DNA of 32,000 nt from Candidatus Saccharimonadota bacterium (lineage in GTDB: Bacteria; Patescibacteriota; Patescibacteriia; 2-12-FULL-60-25), in contig OY970357.1 of the NCBI GenBank assembly GCA_963718585.1, positions 30,001-62,000 of the forward strand, in the 5' to 3' direction. Below, one piece after another: positions 30,527 to 32,000 of this stretch. The notes under the pieces are model-generated. The model saw only the letters and a list, made by a program, of their open reading frames with translations, was not told the origin of the DNA and ran no database searches. The first letter of the stretch is position 1. Every line of letters starts with the position of its first letter. A program made the translations under genes and the position numbers.

Positions 30527-31018
30527 CTAGGAGGGCATGGGCTTCAGCGGGCGCAAAAGCCACGCTTCGAAGAGGGCGACCATGTCATGATATTCGCCGC
30601 ACGCGATCTCGTGACGCCATCCCCCGGGGACGGACGTGTCTCGCGCCCAGCCGTTCGACGCAAGGATGCGGTGACCGCCGTCTTTCCCTTTTTCGACCTC
30701 TCGCCAGGAGAAACTGACCGTGACGGTCTTCCCATCCCGTTGGACATCCGCAAAGAGCCAGGTCTCCTTGGACATGATGTCCCACCAGCGAAAGGTCCCG
30801 ATGGTCGCTTCGTTGATCCCGGAAAGCTCCATGAGCTTGCCCAGGATCTTCCGCTGCTCCTCAGCGCTCGGGAGTCGTTTGAGGAATTCCATCGTAAAGA
30901 AGATGCGCTCTGGATCCGTACTCGGTGGATGAAGGCTTTTAGCCGCTTCGCGCGTCTTTTCTTCGCCCGAGAGCTCGACAGTGAATGCCGAAAGGACGTC
31001 TTCAGCCGGAAAGAACAT
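30527..31018 (-). CDS. hypothetical protein
   Basis: GGAGG with a 6-nt spacer before ATG 31018. 163 aa. No family recognised. Confidence 0.7.
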   Translation of the reverse strand: MFFPAEDVLSAFTVELSGEEKTREAAKSLHPPSTDPERIFFTMEFLKRLPSAEEQRKILGKLMELSGINEATIGTFRWWDIMSKETWLFADVQRDGKTVTVSFSWREVEKGKDGGHRILASNGWARDTSVPGGWRHEIACGEYHDMVALFEAWLLRPLKPMPS

Positions 31019-31088
31019 GTTTCACCTCCGCGTTTACCCTAATGGATACCGCGCGGTTTGGCCAGACAGCCGTCCAAGGCTAAAAAGA

Positions 31089-31117
31089 TTGACTTTTTCG
31101 CCAAAATCTCCTACCCT
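31089..31117 (+). promoter_or_regulatory. candidate promoter for infB (leaderless geometry)
   Basis: TTGACT (31089..31094), 17-nt spacer, TACCCT (31112..31117). The ATG at 31126 follows 8 nt after the -10 element, with no SD. Confidence 0.5.
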
Positions 31118-31125
31118 TGGCCCAC

Positions 31126-32000
31126 ATGAACGTCTCTGATTTGGCCCGCAAATTGCGGACAACGCCCCACGAGCTCCTGCAGAAACTTCCGGTGCTCGGT
31201 TTTGATGTCGGTCGCAAGGCGATCAAGATCGATAACACGGTCGCGGATCGGATCATCAGGAAATGGTACGAGAACGAGCGGCGCGAACGTATCCGGAACA
31301 CCTTGCTTGCGTCTGCCAAAAAGCCGGGGGAGGAGGCGACGAAGGAGCTCAAGGCCATAAAGCTTCCGTCGGTCATCGTCGTGCGTGAGTTGGCGGGACG
31401 TTTGAATCTCCCGGTCACGCGCGTCATTCAGGAATTGATGCGCGCCGGCATCCTCGCGTCGCAAAATGAACGGTTGGATTTTGAGACCGCGGCCATCATC
31501 TCGGAAGAGCTTGGGTTCAAGGCGGAACCGGCCGAGGCGAAGCCGGATGACGCTAATGAGCAGGTCCAGGCGGTCGATCGTGTGAAGGAGGTCTTCGCTT
31601 CGGAGAAGGTAGAGCATTTGATCGCCCGTCCCCCTGTCATCGTGGTCATGGGACACGTGGACCATGGGAAGACCAAGCTTCTCGATGCGATCCGTGAGAC
31701 GAATGTCGTAGACAAGGAAGCGGGCGGCATTACACAGCATATCGGTGCGTACCAAGTGGAACGGAAGGATCGGAAGATCACGTTCATCGATACGCCGGGT
31801 CATGAGGCGTTCACGGTCATGCGTTCGCGTGGTGCGAAGGTCGCGGATGTCGCGATCCTCGTGATCGCGGCGGATGACGGGGTCCAGCCGCAGACCAAGG
31901 AAGCGCTTGAGATCATCCAGGCGGCAAAAATCCCGTTCGTCGTCGCATTGAACAAGATGGATAAGCCTGACGTTGATCCGGATCGCGTCCTTGCGCAGCT
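31126..32000 (+). CDS. infB: translation initiation factor IF-2 (5' part; runs off the window)
   Basis: This ORF is not in the track because it has no stop within the window. My translation from ATG 31126 is [10 protein letters not shown]...[23 protein letters not shown]...[10 protein letters not shown]...VALNKMDK, i.e. G1, G3 and G4 of the IF-2 GTPase domain. Confidence 0.95.
   Translation, partial: MNVSDLARKLRTTPHELLQKLPVLGFDVGRKAIKIDNTVADRIIRKWYENERRERIRNTLLASAKKPGEEATKELKAIKLPSVIVVRELAGRLNLPVTRVIQELMRAGILASQNERLDFETAAIISEELGFKAEPAEAKPDDANEQVQAVDRVKEVFASEKVEHLIARPPVIVVMGHVDHGKTKLLDAIRETNVVDKEAGGITQHIGAYQVERKDRKITFIDTPGHEAFTVMRSRGAKVADVAILVIAADDGVQPQTKEALEIIQAAKIPFVVALNKMDKPDVDPDRVLAQ

Noticed and set aside
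1-32000. Alternative genetic code (UGA recoding, as in some reduced-genome lineages)
   Set aside because: All conserved genes translate uninterrupted with the standard code, and several end at TGA in sensible positions.

Overview
GC-rich bacterial chromosomal segment, tightly packed and mostly housekeeping. The gene content (split transketolase, bacterial Elp3, INS-less ProRS, FemAB, RNase Y) suggests a reduced-genome lineage such as CPR/Patescibacteria, but that is inference only. On the minus strand, 33..10319 holds two acidic hypothetical proteins and a sugar-phosphate cluster: class II FBA, a PfkB kinase, split transketolase, rpe and rpiB. This cluster is interrupted by two paralogous secreted surface proteins and an NlpC/P60-like protein. 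Next come ileS, a membrane Ser/Thr kinase, ruvA, a FemAB-family gene, a DUF378 gene and a CDP-alcohol phosphatidyltransferase gene. They are followed by divergent tRNA-Arg(CCG) and tRNA-Lys(CUU), a sigma-70 factor with a long C-terminal extension, a small Zn-ribbon protein, proS and a secreted papain-like peptidase. The window ends with a head-to-head elp3 / Trm9-like methyltransferase pair, hup, ymdB-rny, truB and the 5' part of infB. No CRISPR array, transposase, integrase or recognisable defence genes were seen. The most unusual signal is non-coding. The last 19 nt of tRNA-Lys recur perfectly twice downstream (18586..19013). Each copy ends a ~125-nt module with covarying hairpins and its own terminator. 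Second is the Elp3 / Trm9-like pair, which implies a eukaryote/archaea-type xm5U34 tRNA modification route. A recurrent TTGAC-N17-TAnnnT promoter motif and many intrinsic terminators are visible. Genes appear to split into a leaderless class and a class with strong GGAGG sites. All calls come from reading the sequence and translations; no searches were run.
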